Positions 9,719-20,353 of a stretch of DNA of 34,297 nt are shown here, piece after piece (positions within the stretch are counted from its first letter, which is position 1; each line of letters begins with the position of its first letter). Under the pieces are notes generated by a model. It saw only the letters and a program-made list of their open reading frames with translations. It had not been told where the DNA came from and did no database searches. This DNA comes from Candidatus Dormiibacterota bacterium. Lineage in GTDB: Bacteria; Chloroflexota; Dormibacteria; Aeolococcales; Aeolococcaceae. The position numbers and the translations under genes are program-made. The stretch spans positions 1 to 34,297 of the forward strand of contig CAVPXI010000010.1 in assembly GCA_963709585.1 (NCBI GenBank), written 5' to 3'.

Positions 9719-12700
9719 GGAACCCCGCTCCGAGCGCAAGACGCAGAACCGCGTCGTCGCCCTGTTCACAGACAAGGCGCGGGTCGACTGGCTCGGCTAC
9801 CGCTATCTCGGCGAGTGGAACAAACGAGATAACAACCGCTCTATCGAGACGGTGATCTTCCGCGACAACCTGACAAGCCGGGGCTACTCCGCGGCGCACA
9901 TCTCCGCCGCGTTGCAGAAGCTCGAGACCGCGGCTGACTCGACGGGCGTCACGCTCTACCAGGCCAACCTACGCACGTACCAATTCCTACGCTACGGCGT
10001 GCCGGTGCAGATCGCCGCGGGCCAGGCGCACGAGACGGTGCACCTTATCGACTGGGGACACCCGGAGAAGAACGACTTCGCGCTGGCCGAGGAGGTGACG
10101 CTGAAAGGCGGCTACGAGCGCCGGCCGGATCTCGTGATCTACATCAACGGCCTCGCCATCGCAGTGATCGAGCTCAAGCGAAGCTCGGTGGAGCTGGCCG
10201 ACGGCGTGCGGCAGCTCATCACCAACCAGGAGGAGATCTTCAACAAGGCCTTCTTCAGCGCCGTGCAGCTCGTGCTAGCGGGCAGCGACTCACAGGGGCT
10301 GCGCTATGGCACCACCGGCACGCCGGAGCAGTTCTTCGTGGAGTGGAAACACGAGGCGAGAGATGTGACAGCATCCCGCGCTGCGCCTTCCGCCGGAGCG
10401 CTGCTTGACCGGCCGCTGGCGCAGCTCTGCAACAAGACACGACTGCTTGACCTGATCCGCAACTTCATCATCTACGACGCCGGCCAGAAGAAGGTGCCGC
10501 GGCCTCACCAGTTCTTCGGCGTGAAGGCCGCGCAGGACCGCATCGCCAGGCGCGAGGGTGGCGTCATCTGGCACACCCAGGGGAGCGGCAAGAGCATCGT
10601 CATGGTGCTTGTCGCCAAGTGGCTGCTGGAGCACGACCCGGATGCGCGCATCCTCGTCATCACCGACCGTGACGAGTTAGACAAGCAGATCGAGGGAGTA
10701 ATGAAGAACGCCGGCGTCATCGGCGCCGAGTTCGCCCTCGCCGCGCATCACGTCCCGGGCCGAGTTCGTGGAGAAGCTCGGCGCGGCCACGCCGCGCCTC
10801 CTGTGTGCGCTTATCCACAAGTTCGACGTGGCCGACCTCAAGGGCGACCCGCCCCCGGTCAGCGGTCGCTTCTATGTGTTCGTGGACGAGTGCCACCGCA
10901 CCCAGAGCGGCGACATGAACAAGCAGATGAAGCGCTGGCTGGAGGGCGCGATCTTCATCGGTTTCACCGGCACACCGCTACTGCGCAAGGACAAGAAGTT
11001 AACGCGAGATGTGTTCGGCACTTACATTCACACCTACAAGTTCCAAGAGGGTGTGGCCGATGGCGTCATTCTGGACCTGAAGTACGAGGCTCGGGATGTG
11101 CCGCAGCGCCTCACCTCGCAGGCCGCTATCGACCGATGGTTCCAGCAGAAGACCAAGGGACTTAACAACTTCCAGAAGGCTGTGCTGCGCAAGCGCTGGG
11201 CGACGATGGAGGAACTGATGAGCGCCGGCGAGCGCAAGCAGCGGATCATCGCCGACATCATCGAGGACTTCAGCTTGAAGCCGCGGCTGAACAACGATCG
11301 CGGCACGGCTATCCTGGTCTGTGCCTCGATCTATGACGCATGCCACTACTACCGGCTGTTCCAAAACACGGGCTTCCGGCCGTACTGCGGGATCATCACG
11401 TCGTACGAGCCGAACCACAACGCGATTTCCCGCGAGCCTGCCAACAGCGACGAGCGCTACAAGTTCGACACCTACACGCAGCACGTTCTCAAGGCGGGAC
11501 AGACCACCAAGCAGTACGAAGACGAAGCCAAGCGCCGCTTCATCGAGGAGCCGGCGAACATGAAGCTGCTGATCGTCGTGAGCAAGCTGCTGACCGGTTT
11601 CGATGCGCCGAGCTGCACCTATATCTACCTCGACAACGAACTGCGGGACCACAACCTGTTCCAGGCCATCTGCCGCACCAACCGTCTCGACGGCGACGAT
11701 AAGGAGTACGGCCACATTGTCGACTTCAAGGAGCTGTTCGGTGAAGTGGAGGAGGCGATCGCCGTGTACAGCTCCGACGAGCTCGACACGGACGAGGGCA
11801 GTGGTGGCGAAAACAACGTCCACCTCAAGGACTGGCTCGATGAGGGCAAGAAGAAGCTCAACGAGGCCCGGGAGGCGCTGCGCTACCTGTGCGAGCCGGT
11901 GGCAGTACCCCGCGAGGTTGAGCAGTACCTTCATTACTTCTGCGGCGATGCCGCCAATCCGAACGCGCTCAACGAGACTGAGGCGGTTCGGGTTTCGTTC
12001 TACAAAGCCGCTGCCGTCTTTGTCCGCGCCTACGCCGCCATTGCGCAGAATCTCACGGAAGCCGGTTACACGGACGATGAGGCGCACGCGCTGCAGAAAG
12101 ATGTCGAGTTCTACAGTGAGATCCGCTCGGCGATCAAGAGGCACTCGGGTGAGGAACTCGACGTCAAGCCCTACGAGGCGGACATGCGGCACCTCCTCAA
12201 CAGCTACATCCAGGCTGACCCGGCGGCTGGCCTGGGAGAGCTTGGCGAGATGTCGCTGACCGAAGTGATTATCGAGACCGGGATCAACGACGCCATAGCT
12301 CGGAAGCTCAACGAGAAAGGGAATCTCTCGAAGAACGCTATCGCGGAAGGAATTATCAACAACGTCCGCAGGACCATCATCCGGGAGCAGTTGACCGACC
12401 CCCGGTTCTACGAACTGATGTCGACGTTGCTCGACGACCTCATCAAACAGAACCGGACCGACGCAGCCGCGTATGAGGAATTCCTTCGGAAGGCGGAGGC
12501 GCTGGTCAAGCGGCTGCTATCAAGGGAACCCGATGAAGGTGTGCCGGCAGCGCTGCACGGGAAAGCCGAGGCAACGGTGATCTACCGCAACCTGCCACGG
12601 ATTCTCGCCGCAGGCAGCGACGGGACTTACCGGGTCGCGGAGGCCTCTCCGGAATACGGGGACGTACGCCTGAGGTTGGCGCTCGAGATCGACCGTGTGA

Positions 12701-12843
12701 TGCGCGAGCGAGCTCCGGCGGGGTGGAAGGGGGACCAGGCGCGCGAGGCGCAGGTGCTGAACGCGCTGTTTCCTCTGCTCCACCGCGACCGCGCCGCAAC
12801 GCTTGCGCTGTTCGAGCTCATCATGAATCAGCCCGGTTACTGA
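9711..12843 (+). CDS. hsdR: Type I R-M restriction subunit; +1 frameshift near 10731
   Basis: RRPDLV...IELK nuclease, WHTQGSGKS Walker A, then [24 protein letters not shown]. Deleting one T restores ...[18 protein letters not shown]. Confidence 0.93.
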
Positions 12844-13559
12844 TGGAAGAGACGATTGAATTCGGCGATATCGCCATCGCCCTGAAGCGCAAGGACGTCA
12901 AGCATGTCCATCTAACGGTGCATCCGCCGAGCGGACGCGTCACGCTTGTCGCTCCCAACCCGACCCGCCCTGAGGCCGCTCGCGCCTATGCGGCATCCAA
13001 GCTCGGTTGGATACGAGAACAGCAGGCTAAGCTGCGTGAGCAAGCGCGGGAGACACCGCGCCAGTTCGTTGAGCGTGAGAGCCATTATCTCTGGGGCAGG
13101 CGCTACCTGCTCTCTGTGAGGGAAGAGGAGGCAAAGCCCGCCATCCGCCTCGGCCACCGCGACATCACGCTCACGATGCGCCCTGGTAGTAGTAGGGCGC
13201 AGCGTGAAGCAGTCGTGCATGAGTGGCACAAGTCCCTCTTGCACGGCGCGGTTCGCGAACTGATCCGGAGGTTGGAACCGAAGATGGGCGTCGAGGTAGA
13301 AGAGTATTTCCTTCAGCGCATGAAGACTAAATGGGGCGGCTGCAACCCCAGGTCGCGGAATATCCGCTTGAACACCGAACTCGTGAAGAAGCCCAAGGAT
13401 CTCCTTCGGTACGTTGTCGTCCATGAGATGCTTCACCTGCTCGAACCGACCCATAACGATCGATTTATCGCGCTGATGAGCAAGCACTACCCTGCATGGC
13501 GCGAGGCCAGAGCTGAGTTGAACGAGCTGCCCTTGGGCGCGACGGCATGGAAGGAGTAG
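12843..13559 (+). CDS. YgjP/DUF45 (SprT-like) zinc metalloprotease associated with type I R-M
   Basis: MKTKWGGC, IRLNTEL, YVVVHEMLHLLEPTH (HExxH); TGATG overlap with the hsdR stop. Confidence 0.9.
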   Translation: MEETIEFGDIAIALKRKDVKHVHLTVHPPSGRVTLVAPNPTRPEAARAYAASKLGWIREQQAKLREQARETPRQFVERESHYLWGRRYLLSVREEEAKPAIRLGHRDITLTMRPGSSRAQREAVVHEWHKSLLHGAVRELIRRLEPKMGVEVEEYFLQRMKTKWGGCNPRSRNIRLNTELVKKPKDLLRYVVVHEMLHLLEPTHNDRFIALMSKHYPAWREARAELNELPLGATAWKE

Positions 13560-13924
13560 CGAAACGGGCCCCGTGCACCGAACGCGACCCCAGCCGCAGA
13601 CTAGCCGGTGATGCTCCGAAGCCACCCGAATCCGTAGATCAGGATCGACTCGGACGTCTAACCGCCACCTCTGCGACGGGGGCTCACATTGGAGCTATAG
13701 CCGCAGCGGTTAGGCGAATCACTGTTAGGTAGCCCTGGGAAGCGGTTATTGGGCTCGCGCCCGATGGCAGCCATAAGCGCGCCACCTCCGAGAGCCACCC
13801 CGCGGCGAGACTCATCGGTCTGGGGCCTCGCGGAATAGCGCGCGACGGCTGGTCGACAAATGCGTCGCAGACTTGGCGCGGATCTGGTCACGCGCCGCAG
13901 CCCGGCCTATCCTCCGCCTGACAG

Positions 13925-15397
13925 ATGCGCTGCCTTATTGACACAAACGTAGTCATAGCGCTTGACCCTGCCTCCTCCGATCTCGAGGCCGGGGCTGCAA
14001 TGGCTGCCGCCCTGATGGGCGAGTTGCACCGGCACCGTCACCAGGTGTTCGTCCACCCTGCTGTGCAGGCGGACCTTGGCCGCGATCGCGACCCAGCACG
14101 CGGCGCGGCGCGTCGAACGTTGGCAGCCAAATACGTTGTCCTTGAGGCCCCGCCGCCACTTTCCGTTCTAGATCCAGGTCTCGTTCGCGACGCGAGCTCG
14201 CATGATCAGGCAGACTTGGCAATGCTCGCCGCCGTCGTTGGCAATGCGGTCGACATATTCATTACTGACGACGCTGGCATCCACCGGCGAGCTCGCCGCG
14301 CGAACGTAGCCGATCGCGTCCTGACTGTCGTGGACGCACTCTCGTTTCTGCGGACGATCGCGAGCCAGGACATACCCCCCCCGCCTTTTGTTGAGGACGT
14401 CCCTCTTTACAGTGTGCCCGATCAAGATCCAATTTGGATTGGACTGCGAGACGACTATCCTGGGTTCGATCTGTGGCTCTCACGAACGAAGCGTGCTGGA
14501 CGCCGCGCCTTAGTCGTCCGGTCGCTTAAGAACAGCTTCGCCGCCGCGATCTGCATCCTGAAGGACGCTGACGACCAGTTCGAGCTCGGAGGCTGGGTCG
14601 TCAAGCTCTGCACATTCAAGGTCTCAGATGACTTCCGAGGCTATCGATTTGGCGAACTGTTGCTCAAGGCTGCCTTTGGCTACTGCACGCGACGCGGGGC
14701 AAACAAAGCTTGGGTGACCGTGTACCCGAAGCATGCCGAGCTTGTGGATCTCTTCGAAGACTTCGGCTTTGAGTTGGCACGAGCACTCGAGGGAGGAGAA
14801 CTACTGTATGTGAAGACGTTTGCGGAGACCTCCACAATTGCGTGTCAAGACACGCAGGGCTCTCACTGTCTCGATTGGCATGTTCGGTTTGGGCCCCCAG
14901 CGCTTCACGTTCGGACCGGGCACGTCTTCTTGGTCCCTGTGCGACCCGAGTATCACCGGCGCCTCTTTCCCGATGCTGAGCTGGCGCCTACCCTGCCGCT
15001 GGAGTTCGATCCGATTGCTAACGCGCTGCGCATGGCGTACCTATCGAACGCTTCGACTCGCACCGTCACTCAGGGCGCCGGGCTACTCTTCTACCGAAGC
15101 CAAGAGAGTCAGGGGGTGTACGCCATCGGAGTAGCAGAGGGGAGCCTAGTCTCAAACGACGCCAGCGAGATCATTCGGTTCGTTGGGCAGAGGACGGTGT
15201 ACTCAGATGAAGAGATCACTCAGCTCGCTCAGAAGCAGGTTCTGGCGATACTATTCCGGCAAGATCGGATTCTATCAACCCCAATATCGTTGTCAGAGTT
15301 GACTTGCAATTCCGCCATTGGCGGAGCCCCTCAACAAATCTCACTCATCCGATCGGAGGCCACACCATGGTTAGTGCGGCGGCTGGCTCTCGCGTAG
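13925..15397 (+). CDS. PIN-GNAT-EVE/PUA-like three-domain fusion protein
   Basis: PIN: LIDTNVV, DQAD, FITDDAGI. GNAT: KLCTFKVSDDFRGYRFGELLL...FEDFGF. C-terminal: VPVRPEYHRRLFPD...NALRMAYLS...LLFYRS...AIGVAE. Confidence 0.8.
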   Translation: MRCLIDTNVVIALDPASSDLEAGAAMAAALMGELHRHRHQVFVHPAVQADLGRDRDPARGAARRTLAAKYVVLEAPPPLSVLDPGLVRDASSHDQADLAMLAAVVGNAVDIFITDDAGIHRRARRANVADRVLTVVDALSFLRTIASQDIPPPPFVEDVPLYSVPDQDPIWIGLRDDYPGFDLWLSRTKRAGRRALVVRSLKNSFAAAICILKDADDQFELGGWVVKLCTFKVSDDFRGYRFGELLLKAAFGYCTRRGANKAWVTVYPKHAELVDLFEDFGFELARALEGGELLYVKTFAETSTIACQDTQGSHCLDWHVRFGPPALHVRTGHVFLVPVRPEYHRRLFPDAELAPTLPLEFDPIANALRMAYLSNASTRTVTQGAGLLFYRSQESQGVYAIGVAEGSLVSNDASEIIRFVGQRTVYSDEEITQLAQKQVLAILFRQDRILSTPISLSELTCNSAIGGAPQQISLIRSEATPWLVRRLALA

Positions 15398-15816
15398 CCC
15401 TCATGAGCGTTCGCCCTCGCTGGGCCGACGCTTTGTTGACCGGCAACAAGACAGTCGAATTGCGGCGCGCCAGCATCGCTCCCGACATCAGTCACGCGCT
15501 CATCTACGCAACTTTGCCCGTGGGAGCCATCGTTGGGTGGTTTGAAGTCGATTGCGTAGAACGCGCTTCACCCACTGATATCTGGAAAAGGTGGGGGCGG
15601 TCAGCCGCCGTTAGCAGAGCAGAGTTCGAAGCCTATTACGCCGGGGCCTCGAGAGCCGTCGCGATCGTAGTCAAATCCGCGCACGCGCTAAGCCGCCCGA
15701 TCCCCCTACGTGAATGGGGACATCTTGTCCGCGCGCCACAGAGCTTCGTCTACGTTGAAGGTGCTTTGGCCGCATCGCTTGGCATGTCGGGGATTAGCCC
15801 GTCCATCGCAGCATGA
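15367..15816 (+). CDS. ASCH/PUA-domain protein
   Basis: LMSVRPRWADALLTGNKTVELRR (GxKxxExR), IYATLPVGAIVG, EFEAYY, APQSFVY; overlaps the upstream gene by 31 bp. Confidence 0.85.
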   Translation: MVSAAAGSRVALMSVRPRWADALLTGNKTVELRRASIAPDISHALIYATLPVGAIVGWFEVDCVERASPTDIWKRWGRSAAVSRAEFEAYYAGASRAVAIVVKSAHALSRPIPLREWGHLVRAPQSFVYVEGALAASLGMSGISPSIAA

Positions 15817-15891
15817 TCGGCGATTCTTGCGTCGCGGCGATCGCATGTAGGCACGCGGTCGCAGCCGTGGCGATAGTCATCCGCTAGCGAG

Positions 15892-17094
15892 CTAACGCAG
15901 AACCTTCGCCAACGCAGCAAGGGCGTCAGCCTGCACGGCAGGTGAGACGTGGCTGTACGTGTCAAGCGTCAACGAGATCTGGGAATGCCCAAGGATCTCC
16001 ATGACCACCCGAGGCATGACACCCAGAGCAAGCAGGAAAGAAGCACTTGTATGCCGCAGATCATGAAACCGCTTCCGAGGCAGACCTGCGGCGGCCAGAT
16101 GAGCCTGGAAGGTGTGGGTGACGTCAGCTGAGTGGAGTGGCCGACCTATCGGAGTTGTGAACACTAGCCCCCATTGCTCCGCCCAGTAATGGCTCGCCAG
16201 CCGCTCTTGAGCTTGGCGGGTGCGATGGGTTCGTAGGGTGTCGATCAGTCCCGATGGCAGGGGGCCAATCGGTCGGCGGCTACGGTCACTCTTCGGTTCC
16301 ACGAGCATGAACCCATTGGGACCGCGTTGAAGCGACTTGCGGACGTGGAGCACTCGATTCTCAAAGTCGACGTCGTCCCATGTCATGCCAAGAATTTCGC
16401 CTTGACGCATCCCAAGAGCCAGTGCGACCGAATAGAGAGCTTCAAGGCGGTCGCCTCTGACCGTGTCGAGCAACCTGCGAGCTTGTTCTGTTGTGAGGGG
16501 CTCCACTTCACGCTTAGGAACGCGAGGGCTATGGGCGAGGGCCGCCACGTTGCGGCTCACCATGCCCCAGCGAAGGGCTTGATTAAGAGCATTCCGGAGC
16601 ACAGACCTGATGTAGTCCACGCGACGTGGCGACAGCCCGGATGCGAGTTTCCGATTCAGCATGGCTTGCACTTGGGCGGGCGTAAGTCGGTTCAGGCGGA
16701 CCTTCCCAAGTTCGGGCTCGATGTGGAGCCGAACAAGGTCCTGGTAGCTACGGTAGGTCGAGGGCCGCACCTTGGTCTTCGCTGTCCCTTCAAGCCACTC
16801 TTGTAAGAACTGTTCAACTGTCCCGCGTTCAGGCGGAATCGGTACTCCCTCGCTGGCGGCCCTCACTCCTTGCGCCACTTTGGCTGCAACTTCGACCCGG
16901 GTCTTGCCCGTATACCACTTCCGGCGACCGCGGTCCAAGGTGACGTACCCGTACCAAGTCCCGTCCTTGCGCTTGGAGATGCAACCTTCTCGATTGCCTC
17001 GGCGACCCCGGCGCTTTCGAGGCTCCGAAAGTGCCTCTGGCGCTCCAACTGTTGTAACAACTGTTGTGTTGGGGCTACCCGCTGCTTCGCTCAC
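15892..17094 (-). CDS. int: Tyrosine recombinase / phage integrase
   Basis: Arm-binding N-terminus (RGNREGCISKRKDGTW); catalytic LGMRQGE, PKS, RFHDLRH, ILGHS, TYSH. Confidence 0.96.
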   Translation of the reverse strand: MSEAAGSPNTTVVTTVGAPEALSEPRKRRGRRGNREGCISKRKDGTWYGYVTLDRGRRKWYTGKTRVEVAAKVAQGVRAASEGVPIPPERGTVEQFLQEWLEGTAKTKVRPSTYRSYQDLVRLHIEPELGKVRLNRLTPAQVQAMLNRKLASGLSPRRVDYIRSVLRNALNQALRWGMVSRNVAALAHSPRVPKREVEPLTTEQARRLLDTVRGDRLEALYSVALALGMRQGEILGMTWDDVDFENRVLHVRKSLQRGPNGFMLVEPKSDRSRRPIGPLPSGLIDTLRTHRTRQAQERLASHYWAEQWGLVFTTPIGRPLHSADVTHTFQAHLAAAGLPRKRFHDLRHTSASFLLALGVMPRVVMEILGHSQISLTLDTYSHVSPAVQADALAALAKVLR

Positions 17095-17134
17095 CAGGCA
17101 ATTATAGCCCTGGAATCGTATTCGGATCCGCCAA

Positions 17135-17207
17135 TGCCCGCTCAGGGATTCGAACCCTGGACCTTGGGATTAAGAGTCCCCTGCTCTACCAACTGAGCTA
17201 AACGGGC
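17135..17207 (-). tRNA. tRNA-Lys (anticodon CTT), CCA not encoded
   Basis: GCCCGTT TA GCTC AGTTGGTA GAGC A GGGGA CTCTTAA TCCCA AGGTC CAGGG TTCGAAT CCCTG AGCGGGC A folds as a cloverleaf; TAGAAT -10 upstream. Confidence 0.96.
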
Positions 17208-17232
17208 CAGAGCGCTCGATTCTACCCGGGGG

Positions 17233-18020
17233 TCATGGGCGCATCGGACCGGCACCGGAGCCGACCCGCCCTGCGCGACGCTCTCCGCTGAGCCACACCA
17301 TCGCCCGGTACTGCTGAGCCAGTCGCATCCGAAGGGGCGGCGGTGACGGCGAAACCGATCCCGAGATCGGCGACGTCGTCCGCTCTTCGATCGCCCGGCG
17401 CAGATCCGCAGCCCCGGTCCCCGGGAACACGGTGAGCACCCGACCCAGATCGTGCTCGCCGAAATGACTGTCCCCTGCCCCAAGCGCGGCCCCAAGCTGC
17501 TCGCGATGCTCGGCGTAAAACGAGTCGAGCAGACCCCACGTCCTGGGCAGGACGGGCGCGGTATGGCGTACTTCGACCCCATCGAAACGCCGGCTGCTAA
17601 GAGCTGTCGAGCCCTCCCGGGCGTCATCGAAGCAAACCATGTCGGCATGAACGGGTGAGCGATCACGGCGAGGCCACCGGCATCGTGGATGGCGTCAACT
17701 GTGTCTTCGACCGACATGTGCATTCGGATCTGGCGCTCCAGGAACAGCCCGACGATGTGAATCCCCGGAGGGAAGGCTGCGGTTACCTCCTCGCCCCGGA
17801 CCACGTCGACGCCGAGCGCCGCGCCGATCTCGATCGCCGGTCCAAGCTCGGAGATCGTGTCGTGGTCGGTGATGCAGAGAACGTTGAGCCCGATCGCGGC
17901 AGCCGCCCGAACCAGGTCCTCGGCGCTCACCATCCCATCGCTGGCGAGGGTATGCGCATGGATCTCGGCCAGGCCGAGCCCATCGCCGGCGCGCGCATGA
18001 GTGCGCGCTGTTTGCTTCAC
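17233..18020 (-). CDS. PHP-domain metal-dependent phosphoesterase; frameshift near 17595
   Basis: EIHAHTLASDG, CITDHD, GEEV, AHPF, then FDGVEV...GAGDSHF in another frame. Confidence 0.85.
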
Positions 18021-18139
18021 CGACCAAGTGTAATCGGCTGCTCCGCTATCGCTTTTGCCCCCCTGAGAGCGCGCTGAGAAAGGCTTTTGAGTTCATCTCG
18101 CGACAGAGCTCTGGGGAACCAACTCATATACTCGAAGCA

Positions 18140-18844
18140 ATGAGCGGCCCGACCCGCGTCCTCGTTGTGGACGATGAGCAGAGCATCACCGACTTCATCG
18201 CGCTCGGGTTGCGCCACGAGGGCTTCGACGTCCGCACCGCGCCGGACGGACATGTCGCGCTTCGGGCCGTCGACGAGTTCAAGCCGCACGTCGTCGTGCT
18301 CGACCTGATGATGCCCCGCGTCGACGGCTGGCAATTGTGCCGCGCCCTGTCGGGCGACCGCTCACGAGGGATCATCATCCTCAGCGCGCGTGACGAGACC
18401 AGCGATCGTATCCAGGGCCTCGAGCTCGGGGCTGACGATTACCTGGTCAAGCCATTTGATTTCGCCGAGTTGCTCGCCAGGATCCGGGCGGTCCTCCGCC
18501 GCCGCAACCCGGACCTCGCCCGCGTCCTCCGCGTCGGCGACCTCAGCATCGACACGGCCACCCGCGAGGTTCGCGCCGGGAAACGCAACGTCGATCTTTC
18601 GGTGCGTGAATACGATCTCCTCCTGTTCCTCGCCAGCAACGCCGACCAGGTCCTGCCTCGCCAGCGCATTCTCGACGAGGTCTGGGGCTACAACTTCTTC
18701 GGCGACGAGAACAACATCGAGGTCTACGTCCGCTACCTGCGCACCAAGCTCGGCGACACGACCCACGAACGGATTCAGACAGTCCGCGGCGTCGGCTACC
18801 GGCTGCGCAGCACCGTCGACGGGAAAGACGCCGCGGCGCGGTAG
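18140..18844 (+). CDS. OmpR/MprA-family response regulator
   Basis: VLVVDDE, LDLMMP, GADDYLVKPF, IQTVRGVGY. Confidence 0.95.
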   Translation: MSGPTRVLVVDDEQSITDFIALGLRHEGFDVRTAPDGHVALRAVDEFKPHVVVLDLMMPRVDGWQLCRALSGDRSRGIIILSARDETSDRIQGLELGADDYLVKPFDFAELLARIRAVLRRRNPDLARVLRVGDLSIDTATREVRAGKRNVDLSVREYDLLLFLASNADQVLPRQRILDEVWGYNFFGDENNIEVYVRYLRTKLGDTTHERIQTVRGVGYRLRSTVDGKDAAAR

Positions 18845-18847
18845 GAC

Positions 18848-20353
18848 GTGCGCCGCATCCGACACGCTCTCGCATCGCTGCGATGGCGGCTGACCCTCAC
18901 CTTTATCGCACTGCTCCTGCCGCTGCTCGTGCTGCTCGCCGGCTATCAGTACCTGACGTTGCGGGCCAGCCTGATCAGCAATCAAGTCGGCGTGATGCAG
19001 GCAGACTTCACGTCGGCGAAGCGGCTGGTGGCGAGCAAGGAGCGAGCGTTGGGTGGCACCGCCACCACGACTGCCGCCCGCCGTCTGTGCGCCGCCCATC
19101 CAGCGCTGGTCGGGACCGCGGTCGCAACTGCGGTGTCAACCGTGACCGGCCAGACGGTCCAGGTGGTTGTGTACAACCGCGATCTGGTCGAAGAAGCGGT
19201 CGCGCCGGTCGGCGCCACCCCGCCTACCCTCGATGCCGCTGTGCTCCAGGGCGTGGTGACGCGCGGGACCCGCTCCGGCGCCGAGCAGGTTTCCACGAGC
19301 AGCGGCGATCAACTCGTCGTGGGCTTCCCGGTCGTTGCCGGGGTGGCGGCATGCGGCGTCGCACAGCTGTCGGTCTCCATGACGCCGATCACCAATGTGC
19401 TGCACGACGAGATCCTCCTGATCACCGCCGGGGGCATCGTGGTTCTGGTACTCGCGCTCGTTCTCGGCGTGCTGCTCACCGGCCGGACGCTGCGCCCCAT
19501 GCGCCGTCTCTCCGCCACCGCCGAGCAACTCGCAGCCGGCGATCTGACCGCGCGGAGCCGGCTGACACCCAGCAGCGACGAGGTCGGACAGCTCGCGGGC
19601 AGCTTTGACCACATGGCCGACCGAATCCAGGAAGCGTTCACCGCACAACGGGACTCCGAAGCGCAGGTGCGACGCTTCATCGCCGACGCGTCGCACGAGC
19701 TGCGCACGCCGCTGACCGCGCTCAAGGGCTACATCGACGTCCTGCGCAGGGGCGCGGGTCGTGAACCCGCCGCGCTCGACGCCGCGCTCGAGGCGATGAG
19801 CAACGAGTCCGAGCGGATGCGCGTGCTGGTCCTCGATCTCCTGACGCTGGCACGGCTCGATGCGCATCGCGAGTCGCGCCCCGAGGATTTCGACCTCAAC
19901 GCCGCCGTCGACGGGCTGCTCAATGAAGGCGTGCCGGGAATGCCCGCCCTGGTGGAACGCAACCTCGGTCCATTGCCGCTGCTCGTGCGCGCCGACCGCG
20001 GCGCGGTGAGCACCATCGTTCGCAACGTGCTCGTCAACGCTTGCAAGTACGCCCATGGCGCCGCGCAGCACTGGAGCACGGCCGCCGAATCGGGCTGGGC
20101 GAAGCTCGAGCTGCGCGACGACGGACCCGGCATCCCGGCTACCGACCTGCCCCACGTGTTCGAGCGCTTCTACCGGGGCGAGAAGACGCGGGCGCGCGAG
20201 GAGGGCGGCAGCGGACTTGGACTCAGCATCGTGCAGGGGCTGGCCAGCGCCCAGGGCGGCGATGTGGCGATCCGGAGCAGCGAGGGCGTGGGCACGACCG
20301 TGACCGTCTGGCTCCCGCTCGCGCCCGTGCCGCCGCCACCGCCTACAGATTGA
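18848..20353 (+). CDS. HAMP sensor histidine kinase
   Basis: Two TM segments, HAMP, ASHELRTPL, NACKY, DDGPGI, GSGLGL. Confidence 0.95.
   Translation: MRRIRHALASLRWRLTLTFIALLLPLLVLLAGYQYLTLRASLISNQVGVMQADFTSAKRLVASKERALGGTATTTAARRLCAAHPALVGTAVATAVSTVTGQTVQVVVYNRDLVEEAVAPVGATPPTLDAAVLQGVVTRGTRSGAEQVSTSSGDQLVVGFPVVAGVAACGVAQLSVSMTPITNVLHDEILLITAGGIVVLVLALVLGVLLTGRTLRPMRRLSATAEQLAAGDLTARSRLTPSSDEVGQLAGSFDHMADRIQEAFTAQRDSEAQVRRFIADASHELRTPLTALKGYIDVLRRGAGREPAALDAALEAMSNESERMRVLVLDLLTLARLDAHRESRPEDFDLNAAVDGLLNEGVPGMPALVERNLGPLPLLVRADRGAVSTIVRNVLVNACKYAHGAAQHWSTAAESGWAKLELRDDGPGIPATDLPHVFERFYRGEKTRAREEGGSGLGLSIVQGLASAQGGDVAIRSSEGVGTTVTVWLPLAPVPPPPPTD

Larger units (their letters stand above)
1..17134. 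mobile_element. Integrative element (PICI/satellite-like) at the tRNA-Lys 3' end; left boundary outside the window
   Basis: Tyrosine integrase starts 40 bp past the tRNA 3' end. Also carries xis-like HTH, DUF3987 replication gene, TerS-like gene and defence cargo. No capsid, tail or conjugation genes seen, and no second copy of the tRNA 3' end noticed in the window. Confidence 0.85.

Noticed and set aside
10999-12192. Long antisense ORFs (also 19136..20155, 23463..25253, 27048..28271, 30642..31691)
   Set aside because: Shadow frames of well-supported genes in high-GC DNA with no recognisable motifs.
9711-12843. hsdR as a true pseudogene or split gene
   Set aside because: A single +1 at the recurrent GAGTTCG motif with all catalytic motifs intact; more likely a sequencing error.
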